Translations under genes and position numbers: made by a program
Notes under the pieces: model-generated
Told to the model about the DNA's origin: nothing
Databases searched by the model: none
What the model saw: only the letters and a program-made list of their open reading frames with translations
Shown: one piece after another, positions 17,125 through 24,635 of the stretch
How positions within the stretch are numbered: the stretch's first letter is position 1
Layout of the letters: the number at the start of each line of letters is the position of its first letter
IMG/VR virus record: IMGVR_UViG_3300029310_000030
Coordinates: 1 to 35,576 of that record
Direction: 5' to 3' (one strand)
From: a virus
Length of the DNA stretch: 35,576 bases

Positions 17125-18036
17125 TCAGGCCTTGCTCTTGATGAGCGAGTGCCTTTTTGTACCACTGGGCCATTTCGCACCGCTGCCCGCCGGGTTTGCT
17201 ATGATGGTATTTCCTTTGGCCTGGTAGTAATGCTCCATGGTGGTGGGTGCGTTGAGGATGGTCGTGCGCAGATACGCCTGGATGTTTTTGACCGGCTGAG
17301 TGGTATTTGACAGGCTGTCCATGATGTACTCGATGTGCTGGCTTGTCAGCTTGTCCAGCTGCCGCCGGATGGCTGCCGTGTTCTGGAGCTGCCCGCCGAT
17401 CATCATGCACTGGTTGGGGCAGGTGTACATGGCCGTGATATTTTCCAGCAGCTCCCTCAGCATCTCTGGGTCATACCGCCGCTCCAGAGTGTCGATTTCG
17501 AGCCTTTCCCTGAAGTCCGTTTCCACATCCTCCCGCCGGGGTGTGTTATCCATCAATCCGCCCTGCGCAGCAGATAGATAGATTTTATTACTAGATTTAT
17601 TACTAGATTTATTACTGGGGGAAAATTTTTCCCTACCCTGAGGGAAATTTTTTCCCGGGTCTGAGGGAAAATTTTTCACCGGGGAAATTTTTTCCCTAGG
17701 GAAATTTTTTCCCGGGTCTGAGGTCTCCACAAGGACAAGATTTTCGATGTCCGGCACTGTCCGGTATGCGTTGTGCGGGACGTTGCCGACCATCTCTTTT
17801 TTCATCTCCAAAATTCCACGTTTTACAAAATCTGCCAGATAGTTTTTAGCAGATTTCTGGGAGATGTGGAGCCGTGCGGCGATGTATGCAGACCCGCCAC
17901 AGAACCAGCTTTCGCCGTCCTGTGAAAAGCCGTAGATGATGGCCAGTGCGTTTGCCTCGGCACAGTTAAAGCCGAAATTGTCATACATCCAGTCCATGAC
18001 AACGATGTACTGACTTCGTTTCTTTTTCTCCGTCAT
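17125..18036 (-). CDS. Replication initiator / replisome-organiser-like wHTH protein, 303 aa
   Basis: N-terminal ...ALAIIYGFSQDGESWFCGGSAYIAARLHISQKSAKNYLADFVKRGIL... wHTH pattern. Internal iterons encode the DPGKNFP repeats. Confidence 0.6.
   Translation of the reverse strand: MTEKKKRSQYIVVMDWMYDNFGFNCAEANALAIIYGFSQDGESWFCGGSAYIAARLHISQKSAKNYLADFVKRGILEMKKEMVGNVPHNAYRTVPDIENLVLVETSDPGKNFPREKISPVKNFPSDPGKNFPQGREKFSPSNKSSNKSSNKIYLSAAQGGLMDNTPRREDVETDFRERLEIDTLERRYDPEMLRELLENITAMYTCPNQCMMIGGQLQNTAAIRRQLDKLTSQHIEYIMDSLSNTTQPVKNIQAYLRTTILNAPTTMEHYYQAKGNTIIANPAGSGAKWPSGTKRHSLIKSKA
17581..17722. repeat. Putative origin of replication: 3x 12-bp direct repeats plus 5x ~15-bp palindromic iterons (GGGAAAWTTTTTCCC)
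   Basis: (A)GATTTATTACT x3 at 17581-17616. Palindromes at 17617-17633, 17642-17656, 17665-17679, 17681-17696 and 17699-17713. CCCGGGTCTGAG occurs twice. Confidence 0.65.
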
Positions 18037-18051
18037 TCCTCACCAGCCCCC

Positions 18052-18498
18052 TTAAAACGGCAGGTCGTCATTGTCGTTGATGACCGCAAAGTCATCAGCA
18101 GATCCCTGAGAGTAGGCCGGAGCAGGCTCACGGTAATCCTTAGGAGGTGCTTCACCGCCGTCATCCACCTGCTGGGCCTTTTTCGGCCCGGCAAAATTGA
18201 TCTGGTCGGCCAGCACCTCCACCGCTGTGCGGCTGTTACCGTTCTTGTCTTTGTAGTTCCGGGACTGCAAAGAGCCGGTAACGGCCACCATGCTGCCCTT
18301 CTGAAAGTACTTGGAAACAAATTCAGCCTGCCCGCGCCATGCGATGATATCGATAAAGTCAGCCTGCCGCTCCTGCCCCTGCTGAACATAATTCCGGTCG
18401 CAGGCAATGCGGAAGCTGCACACATTGTTGCCGCTCGGGGTGGTACGAAGCTCAGGATCGGCCACAAGCCGTCCCATGATTGCTACTACATTGAGCAT
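18052..18498 (-). CDS. ssb: Single-stranded DNA-binding protein, about 148 aa (start trimmed to MLNVVAIMGRL...)
   Basis: OB-fold SSB N-terminus (NVVAIMGRLVADPELRTTPSG...), a Gly/Pro-rich linker and an acidic tail ending DDLPF. Confidence 0.9.
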   Translation of the reverse strand: MLNVVAIMGRLVADPELRTTPSGNNVCSFRIACDRNYVQQGQERQADFIDIIAWRGQAEFVSKYFQKGSMVAVTGSLQSRNYKDKNGNSRTAVEVLADQINFAGPKKAQQVDDGGEAPPKDYREPAPAYSQGSADDFAVINDNDDLPF

Positions 18499-18794
18499 TT
18501 CAGATAGTCCTTTCCAACCACCTGCATCCATGTGCGGTGGTCATACACGCTCTCAAAATCCCGCTGCGCCTGTTTTTTGAGGTACAGGCGTAAGTGGTGG
18601 TCAAAGTGGGCACTGTATCCCGGCTCGTTGTGGTGCCGGTGGCACAGCCAGACCTTCAGGCCGTATTGCTCTGCCACAGGACGCAGCGGGCCATTCAGGA
18701 CGTGGTGCTCTTCCAGCCCGGCCACCGTGACCACGTTGTACTTCATCCGGCAGACGTAACACTCCCGCCGGGTCTGCATGATGGATTTAGCCAT
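18486..18794 (-). CDS. Zinc-binding HNH-like small protein, about 102 aa (start trimmed to MAKSIMQ...)
   Basis: CYVC...EEHHV...LCHRHH motif pattern. Confidence 0.45.
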   Translation of the reverse strand: MAKSIMQTRRECYVCRMKYNVVTVAGLEEHHVLNGPLRPVAEQYGLKVWLCHRHHNEPGYSAHFDHHLRLYLKKQAQRDFESVYDHRTWMQVVGKDYLKCSM

Positions 18795-19197
18795 GATTTT
18801 GTACCTGTGGCGGACGAGGCTGTGGCATCCAGTGCGTGACCTCGGTGTTGAAAAGCCCGCCGCTCCAGTCATCCCACCCGGAAAAAAGGTCGGACTTCAC
18901 ATACCGGGCACCGGAAACGGTTCTCCCATTTGCGGTATAGAGCAGCAGTGGGTCGCTGACTTCATACTCAAGCGTGCCCTCTTCGTCATCGTCGTCCGTC
19001 ACATGATGCAGCGGAGGAATCTCACTGGCCGTGTGCCACATCATCCACCCCATTTGACTAGCAGTTTTCAAAAAGTTCTCTGCCTTAGTCAAGTCTTTTT
19101 CGTCCTTGCAGTGAATCGTGAGGTCATAGGTGTCATCATACTCTTCAAACATCCCCGTCTCGTGATTCCACATAAGTGTCAATGCTTGCTCATCCAT
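18787..19197 (-). CDS. Hypothetical protein with a DUF551-like C-terminus, about 136 aa (start trimmed to MDEQALT...)
   Basis: GGAGGTG RBS upstream of the ATG at 19197. The C-terminal ...VTHWMPQPRPP resembles DUF551 endings. Confidence 0.45.
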   Translation of the reverse strand: MDEQALTLMWNHETGMFEEYDDTYDLTIHCKDEKDLTKAENFLKTASQMGWMMWHTASEIPPLHHVTDDDDEEGTLEYEVSDPLLLYTANGRTVSGARYVKSDLFSGWDDWSGGLFNTEVTHWMPQPRPPQVQNHG

Positions 19198-19750
19198 GCT
19201 TTGGCACCTCCTGCCACTGCTGCCAGTAGGCCGTGACGTTGGGGTCATTGACCCCCATCTCGGCCAGCCGGTCAAAAATTCCATCGATAAAAGCCGCCAT
19301 CTGAGCGGTGGTAAAGCTGCTGGAGCCCATAGATGCCTTTGCTGTGCACCGGTCATCATCCAGCAGCTCCACGACATGCACCAGCCGGTACGCATTGCGT
19401 AGGATGGGCAGCGCTGCCACAGGCAGCTCCAGAAAGTCGTATTCGAGGCCGTACTCTTCCAGCATGGAAAAGTAGCAGTCCTCTGGGCTCACGCCACCGG
19501 CACGGCCCGCGTTGTAGGCATCCGCCATGATGGTGAGCAAAGCCCACATCATCCGGTTTTGATTGAGCGTGCGGCCTTTCCGTTCCTGCTCAAAAATGAC
19601 CACAAGACGCAGCGGCTTTTCGTGAGCCAGATCATCCAGCTTTTGAAAAATCTGCTTTTCAACAAATTCCGCTGAATTTTCCACTGTAAAGCGCCGCCGG
19701 GCCGGGTCATACGTCACCGGCAGCCGTCCGATCACACTTTGTCTGGCCAT
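19190..19750 (-). CDS. NinB/Orf-family recombination mediator-like protein, 186 aa
   Basis: ...ERKGRTLNQNRMMWALL... parallels lambda NinB ...ERNRSLDQNRKLWACL... Confidence 0.5.
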   Translation of the reverse strand: MARQSVIGRLPVTYDPARRRFTVENSAEFVEKQIFQKLDDLAHEKPLRLVVIFEQERKGRTLNQNRMMWALLTIMADAYNAGRAGGVSPEDCYFSMLEEYGLEYDFLELPVAALPILRNAYRLVHVVELLDDDRCTAKASMGSSSFTTAQMAAFIDGIFDRLAEMGVNDPNVTAYWQQWQEVPKHG

Positions 19751-20343
19751 AAGATTTTCTTCCCATCCGGCAGAGCAAACTGCACCATCGTGATAGCACC
19801 CCGCTCATCCCGGGCAAACCGGTCAACGGTCAATCTGCCTGCTGGCCGATATTTTCCATCCGTCCCCTGCACGAGCTGTACCTGTGCGGCCTTGAGGGTG
19901 ATGGGCTTGAGATCCATCACATCCTCACCGGCCCCCACCATGGCAGCAGCTCTCAAAAAACTGGTGCTCTCCTGCATCTGGGCAGGAGACGGCGAAGGAA
20001 TGGCAAGCGGCCCGGCATCCTTGTGGACGTACTCACCGGTAGCCGGGGAGTATACGCCCACCTGACACCTCAGCTGGCCGCCCGCATAGTAGTAGCGGTC
20101 GCTCCAGCCCGGGGAGCCGAAAGTTTCATTTAAAATGCGCCGGACAGCCGCTTCCATCGGCAGCACACGGATACGCACTGCATCCGCCGAAACATCCAGA
20201 TAGCGCACAGTGCACTCCTCCGGGGCTGTGTGCCGGGGTTTTGGCCCTTCAATAGGAAAAGTAACAGCCGGGGTACAAGTGCCCTCTGCGGGCTTCCTGG
20301 GCGTGCGTGACGTGCGCCCGCTGGGGCTCTTCTGGTTTGCCAT
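19732..20343 (-). CDS. Possible Rad52/Sak-type single-strand annealing protein, 203 aa
   Basis: ...LNETFGSPGWSDRYYY...CQVGVY... and ...SFLRAAAMVGAG... loosely match Rad52-family motifs. It lies next to NinB-like and SSB genes. Confidence 0.4.
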   Translation of the reverse strand: MANQKSPSGRTSRTPRKPAEGTCTPAVTFPIEGPKPRHTAPEECTVRYLDVSADAVRIRVLPMEAAVRRILNETFGSPGWSDRYYYAGGQLRCQVGVYSPATGEYVHKDAGPLAIPSPSPAQMQESTSFLRAAAMVGAGEDVMDLKPITLKAAQVQLVQGTDGKYRPAGRLTVDRFARDERGAITMVQFALPDGKKILWPDKV

Positions 20344-20424
20344 GGTATCATCCTCTCTGTGTAAAAATACGCTTTCGCGCTGGCAGCGGCTTTTGTTTAT
20401 CCACCTGCCGCCATTGGTGGAAAT

Positions 20425-20634
20425 TCACTCGGCCCTGGAAATGTGCCGTTTCAAATCTTTATAAAATTTTTCATTTTGCTCTGCATCGTTGGCACGCGCA
20501 AGCTCCAGCAAATCCAGCAGGTCGTTGCAGATTTCGCTGTATGCCTTCTTTTTCTTGGTGGAAGTGCAGGAATCGGCCAAAAACTGGTATTTCCCGCTCA
20601 AATAGGCGATTCTGCTGATCGTATCACATTTCAT
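20425..20634 (-). CDS. Hypothetical protein, 69 aa
   Basis: ORF in the early operon with protein-like composition. Confidence 0.4.
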   Translation of the reverse strand: MKCDTISRIAYLSGKYQFLADSCTSTKKKKAYSEICNDLLDLLELARANDAEQNEKFYKDLKRHISRAE

Positions 20635-20649
20635 CTTGCACGTCCTCCT

Positions 20650-20886
20650 TCAGTACGTCCCAAACTCCTGGTCAAGAAGAGCATCCAGCCGGATAGTGTT
20701 CCCCCGGCCCTTGCCCTCTTCCCCGGCCATGTTGGCCCAGCCGTCCGGGTAGCGCTTGCGCACATACCGGGCAGGAACACCCATGCAGACAGAAACCTGC
20801 TCCAGCGTCAGCCGGATGCAGCCGACACGCTCAAAAATGGCCTTGTAACTTTCGTGCCATGCTTCATTTCTTGTCGATTTCGCCAC
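20650..20886 (-). CDS. Hypothetical small DNA-binding-like protein, 78 aa (possible HTH: LTLEQVSVCMGVPARYVRKRY)
   Basis: ORF in the early operon with an HTH-like segment. Confidence 0.4.
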   Translation of the reverse strand: MAKSTRNEAWHESYKAIFERVGCIRLTLEQVSVCMGVPARYVRKRYPDGWANMAGEEGKGRGNTIRLDALLDQEFGTY

Positions 20887-21199
20887 GATCTTTCAGCTCC
20901 TTCTGTCTTCGTTCAAACTCCACCTGCTGGCCATAGGTGCGGCCAGCCGCAATGGCCCGGGCACATACCGCGCCAATGCTATCGTTTGCAGCCAGCACCT
21001 TTTTGGGCCCTTCCCGCCGGGCATACGCTTCACGGTGTAATGGTGCGGTGGCCAGCGCCTTTTTTTGGTCACGCTGGTGCTGGTTTTGCTTTACGCACGC
21101 TGGGCAGAGCTTTTTATTGGGTGCAACATTCTGCATCACAGCGCCGCACATCTCGCAGGTTCTGATATAGTGCAGCCGGTCACTTTCATGTCCGCCCAT
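20864..21199 (-). CDS. Zn-ribbon protein, about 111 aa (start trimmed to MGGHESD...)
   Basis: CEMC...CPAC motif. The ATG overlaps the upstream TGA (GTGATGG). Confidence 0.45.
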   Translation of the reverse strand: MGGHESDRLHYIRTCEMCGAVMQNVAPNKKLCPACVKQNQHQRDQKKALATAPLHREAYARREGPKKVLAANDSIGAVCARAIAAGRTYGQQVEFERRQKELKDRGEIDKK

Positions 21200-21417
21200 C
21201 ACCGCACCGTCCTTTCCATCCGCCGCCGCTGGGCCGCACGCCGCCGGGCATTGTCTTCCCTCTTGTACCTGTCCCACTGGGCCAGCAGAAGAGGTGCACC
21301 CGCCACGATGGGGGCCGTGACGAAAATCACGAAGAAAAGCTCCGTCACCTGGGCGTGGTAAGCATCCCGGCCCAAAGCAGTCATCAAGTCCGCCAGAATA
21401 AATGCAGCTCCACTCAT
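21199..21417 (-). CDS. Small membrane protein, about 72 aa (MSGAAFILADLM...)
   Basis: One clear hydrophobic helix (LFFVIFVTAPIVAGAPLLL). ATGA overlap with the upstream small ORF. Confidence 0.45.
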   Translation of the reverse strand: MSGAAFILADLMTALGRDAYHAQVTELFFVIFVTAPIVAGAPLLLAQWDRYKREDNARRRAAQRRRMERTVR

Positions 21418-21593
21418 AAGAGAAGCGCACCTCCAATGCTGTAGGCCAGTGCAAAGCACACGGCCAGATAGATGATCCAACCCATGAGCACATTTCTGTT
21501 GGGTCTGAACGAACAGATCACGACCAGCGTGCTCAGGCATCCGCCCGCCACAAAGCAGACGATGCACACAAAAATAAACGGCCCTGTTTTCAT
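21414..21593 (-). CDS. Small two-TM membrane protein, 59 aa (below the ORF-track cut-off)
   Basis: Hand translation: MKTGPFIFVCIVCFVAGGCLSTLVVICSFRPNRNVLMGWIIYLAVCFALAYSIGGALLL. GAGGTAA RBS upstream. Stop overlaps the next ATG. Confidence 0.45.
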   Translation of the reverse strand: MKTGPFIFVCIVCFVAGGCLSTLVVICSFRPNRNVLMGWIIYLAVCFALAYSIGGALLL

Positions 21594-21597
21594 TTGG

Positions 21598-21789
21598 TTA
21601 CCTCATCCCCAAAGCCTTCTCGATCGGTACCCGTGGGTTATCGTTGGGGTACTTTCCCGAGACGTACTTCTGTACCTGCCCTACGCCCAGACCAGCCGCC
21701 CGGGCCAGCTGGGTGTAATTCCAGTTTCGGAGTGATTTTTGCTTGACCACCTCGGCCTTCCATTCAGGGCTCCAGGTTGTAGCGGCCAT
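21598..21789 (-). CDS. Cro-like HTH regulator, about 63 aa (start trimmed to MAATTW...)
   Basis: HTH segment NYTQLARAAGLGVGQVQKYVSG. GAGGTG RBS. Divergent from the CI-like gene. Confidence 0.6.
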   Translation of the reverse strand: MAATTWSPEWKAEVVKQKSLRNWNYTQLARAAGLGVGQVQKYVSGKYPNDNPRVPIEKALGMR

Positions 21790-22124
21790 TTTTAACACCT
21801 CGCTTGCAACATCTTTCAAAATTTGGGGTTAAAAACATTGCCAAGCAGATGAAAACGTTGTAAAATAAGCTTGCACGAATACTTTACAGATGGCTTTCAC
21901 TTGGCAATGATGCGCGCCCCACGGTCAAAATGGGGCGCTTTCACAAAACGAACATTCCACCGCTTGTTTTGTGAAGAAGAATTCCTGACCCATGGCGGCC
22001 AGTATGCGCAGTAGATTTCTGAGAGCTGTTAAGCAAAGCCTTTTTGGAGGTTCACTCAAAAATCTGTACCAATAGTACTCTGAGCGTCGGACAAGGTTCT
22101 CTGGAGTACGCCTATATTATAACT

Positions 22125-22165
22125 TAGAATTTCTTAGATTTCAATATATTTCTAAGCGATTCTAA
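22125..22165. promoter_or_regulatory. Putative operator: 15-bp inverted repeat arms TTAGAATTTCTTAGA / TCTAAGCGATTCTAA
   Basis: Arms at 22125-22139 and 22151-22165 match at 13 of 15 positions. The site lies 37 bp upstream of the CI-like start, next to a TTGACG at 22170-22175. Confidence 0.5.
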
Positions 22166-22201
22166 CATTTTGACGTTTTGCACAAAAGGTGGTGAATAAG
22201 T

Positions 22202-22525
22202 TTGTTTTGGGAAAATTTTTTGGTAGAGTGTGCCAAAAAGGCAAAGTCTCCGGCTGTTGTAGCTGAAGAACTCGGATTTTCCAACTCCGCTACAACATGC
22301 TGGAAAAATGGATCTTTACCTCGGATGTCCAGCCGAAAGAAAATAGCAGATTACTTTGGCATTAGTATCGAAGAGTTGATGGGCACAAAAAAAGAGCCTG
22401 CCGGTGAAGGCAAGCTCGGTTTAGATTGGCCGGATGTGGAAAAGGCGTATCAAGACGCAACACCAGAAGCACGCGCCGCCGCGCAGGCGGCAGCGCTGGC
22501 TGTATTGAACAGTGCCAAAAAGTAA
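22202..22525 (+). CDS. XRE-family HTH regulator (CI-like repressor candidate), 107 aa, TTG start
   Basis: HTH segment SPAVVAEELGFSNSATTCWKNG. AAAGGTGGTGA RBS. Divergent from the cro-like gene. Confidence 0.6.
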   Translation: MFWENFLVECAKKAKSPAVVAEELGFSNSATTCWKNGSLPRMSSRKKIADYFGISIEELMGTKKEPAGEGKLGLDWPDVEKAYQDATPEARAAAQAAALAVLNSAKK

Positions 22526-22712
22526 AGATGTCAGGCCGCGCCCTGCTCTGCATCCTGTAAGGTGCGCAGAACGAGCTCCCAGAGTTCCGGGTGCTCACGC
22601 AGTAAGACTAAAAACTCTTTATCCGACATCTTTAACACACCTTTCAGTTGTATCTCTCGCCTGTATATTACAACCATTAAGAGAAAAAATCAATAGAATT
22701 GAGGAAAACAGC

Positions 22713-23384
22713 ATGAAGCTTGTTAAGTGTGGCAAAATTGCAATTGCTTCTTTGTGCATCTTGTCAATGACTGCTGGTGCAGCAATGCCTGCTCTGGCAG
22801 TCAGCCCCGCCGGGCAGTCCTCTTTGACGCAGCTGGAGGAGTGTAACGCCGCGGATGAACAGGCGGCCGCAATCAGGGCCGCTGCCGAAAAGGTCAAGGT
22901 CAACTTTGATGAGGTAGAGCGCAGCTGGGATTTTGACAGCCCGCTCCGGGAAAAGGCTGACAAAAAGGTGATTTGCAGCACTCTCCCGTGGATGTTCATT
23001 TTTGATGGTACAAATGACGTATTTTTTGAGCTGGATTTTTCCTACTACGGCAGCCAGAGCATAGACTTGGACACCGTCATCGTGCGGGCCGGTGATGCCC
23101 GCTACTCTTTCGAGTGTGACCCCGACTTTACCAGCTCTGGCTATGACAAAGAGAAAAAGGCATGGGGTGCGCTTTCCAACTTCGAGCTGGACGATGAGGA
23201 AATCGGGTGGCTGAGAGAGATGCTGAGTCAAGAAAAAGTGATCGTCCGCTTCTCTGGTAACGGCGGCTCCTACGACTACACATGGACGGCAGAAGACCGG
23301 CAGGCCGTGACTGATATGATAAACCTTTACGACCTGCTGAAAGCAGCCACCCCCGAAGTCCGTGCACAAGCCCTGAACAGATGA
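22713..23384 (+). CDS. Secreted protein with N-terminal signal peptide, about 223 aa (start trimmed to MKLVKCGK...)
   Basis: Signal-peptide-like MKLVKCGKIAIASLCILSMTAGAAMPALAVS. GAGGAAAACAGC RBS. Confidence 0.55.
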   Translation: MKLVKCGKIAIASLCILSMTAGAAMPALAVSPAGQSSLTQLEECNAADEQAAAIRAAAEKVKVNFDEVERSWDFDSPLREKADKKVICSTLPWMFIFDGTNDVFFELDFSYYGSQSIDLDTVIVRAGDARYSFECDPDFTSSGYDKEKKAWGALSNFELDDEEIGWLREMLSQEKVIVRFSGNGGSYDYTWTAEDRQAVTDMINLYDLLKAATPEVRAQALNR

Positions 23385-23394
23385 GGAGGATACC

Positions 23395-24189
23395 ATGTGG
23401 ATTTTGGCCATTGCCGCCGTCATTGTCTTTGTCATCGTTATGGCAAAGAAATCGAAGCCTGCAAAAGAGAGCTCTGCGCCCGTAAAGGCCGCTGATCCAG
23501 TGCCCGCTGCACCCAAAGAGCCGGAAAAAGAGACCGACCCGCGGTGGACGGAGACGCTGGATGTGCCCACCGATGGCAGGTATCCTAACGACTACCTTGC
23601 AGAGCTCAAGACCCAACAGGAAGAGCGGCAGGCCGCTGGCGCACACTACAAGTATGTTGTGCTGGACTTTGAGACCACCGGCCTGGTCAGCACTGAGGAC
23701 GACATTTTGCAGGTCGCCATCATCGACGACAAAGGAAACGTCCTTATCAATCAAAAGTGCAGGCCGGGAACGGTGACGGACTGGCAGGAAGCTGCCGAGA
23801 TCAATGACATCTGGCCAAAAGACGTGGCGTTCTGCCCAACCTTCGAGCAGATAGCAGTGTATGTGCAGGATATCCTTTCCCGGGCCACAAAAATTGTGGC
23901 ATATAATCGGGAGTTTGAGCAGGACTTTTTAGAGGGCTATGATATCGACCCCAAGCAGTACAAGTGGGCGCAGGATCCCATGAAGCTGGCCGCACAGTAC
24001 TACAACGTGCAGAAGGGCTCCACCCGCCGGGCAGTCAAGCTCTCCGTTATTTCAAAAATGCTGGGGTATAAGTACCACGCTCACGATGCGCTGGAAGATG
24101 TCAAAGCCACACGCTATGTATATGACACCCTGACCGAATGGGTCAAACGTCAGCGTGCAGAGGCCAAGGTGTCCAGAGTGGACACCTGA
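23395..24189 (+). CDS. Membrane-anchored DEDDh (DnaQ-like) 3'-5' exonuclease, 264 aa
   Basis: N-terminal TM helix MWILAIAAVIVFVIVMAKK. Exo motifs VVLDFETTG, AYNREFEQDFL and HDALEDV. Confidence 0.75.
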   Translation: MWILAIAAVIVFVIVMAKKSKPAKESSAPVKAADPVPAAPKEPEKETDPRWTETLDVPTDGRYPNDYLAELKTQQEERQAAGAHYKYVVLDFETTGLVSTEDDILQVAIIDDKGNVLINQKCRPGTVTDWQEAAEINDIWPKDVAFCPTFEQIAVYVQDILSRATKIVAYNREFEQDFLEGYDIDPKQYKWAQDPMKLAAQYYNVQKGSTRRAVKLSVISKMLGYKYHAHDALEDVKATRYVYDTLTEWVKRQRAEAKVSRVDT

Positions 24190-24401
24190 CCCGCCGGGTC
24201 AGTCTTTTCCCGGATAGCGCCGTTGACGCACTCCAGCCAGTCAGCCGGATCAAGTCCGGCAGCCAGATCATGGCGGGCTCTGAGCAGGATGCGCAGAGGC
24301 TCATCATAAGCTTTGCAAGCTACTCCATTTTTCGAGAGATGATAAACAAGCTTGAGCGCGGTGTCCCGGGCATAGCTTTCAAGCATCACATCATTTGCCA
24401 T
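24150..24401 (-). CDS. Hypothetical protein, 83 aa
   Basis: Protein-like ORF, with a GGGAGGA RBS inside the upstream small ORF. Convergent 40-nt overlap with the exonuclease 3' end. Confidence 0.4.
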   Translation of the reverse strand: MANDVMLESYARDTALKLVYHLSKNGVACKAYDEPLRILLRARHDLAAGLDPADWLECVNGAIREKTDPAGQVSTLDTLASAR

Positions 24402-24404
24402 AGC

Positions 24405-24524
24405 TCAATCCTCCCACGGAGCCCGGACTTGTGCCGGGCTTTTTGGTTTTGATGCGGGCATCCCGTCGATGATCTCCATATCGTCCGGAATAAATGGGAA
24501 AGAAAATCGTTTTACGTTCATCAT
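24405..24524 (-). CDS. Possible small ORF, 39 aa (MMNVKRFSFPFIPDDMEIIDGMPASKPKSPAQVRAPWED)
   Basis: GGAGGTAAAA RBS directly upstream. Below the ORF-track cut-off. It contains a plus-strand terminator-like hairpin, so coding status is uncertain. Confidence 0.3.
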   Translation of the reverse strand: MMNVKRFSFPFIPDDMEIIDGMPASKPKSPAQVRAPWED

Positions 24525-24635
24525 TTTTACCTCCTGCAACGATTTTATAACGTTGTTATATCATAGAGGAATGTAAAAAATCCATAACAGCTTTTGGCTC
24601 AAAATGGTAAAACATGGGAAAGTGAGGGTCGAATT

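Noticed and set aside
17581-17722. Repeat cluster as a CRISPR array or mobile-element terminus
   Set aside because: These are short palindromic iterons with irregular short spacing inside the initiator gene and no cas genes. An origin of replication explains them better.
21858-21895. Specific -35/-10 promoter assignments for the cro-like gene
   Set aside because: Several weak candidates exist (TTGTAA-16-TACTTT, TTTACA-18-CAATGT), but none is close enough to consensus to call without transcript mapping.
24420-24451. Hairpin AGCCCGG-ACTTGTG-CCGGGCT followed by TTTTTGGTTTT as the plus-strand terminator of the exonuclease operon
   Set aside because: It lies 230 nt past the exonuclease stop and inside a minus-strand small ORF with a strong RBS. 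It may still function, but it cannot be separated from coding sequence by eye, so it was not listed as a feature.
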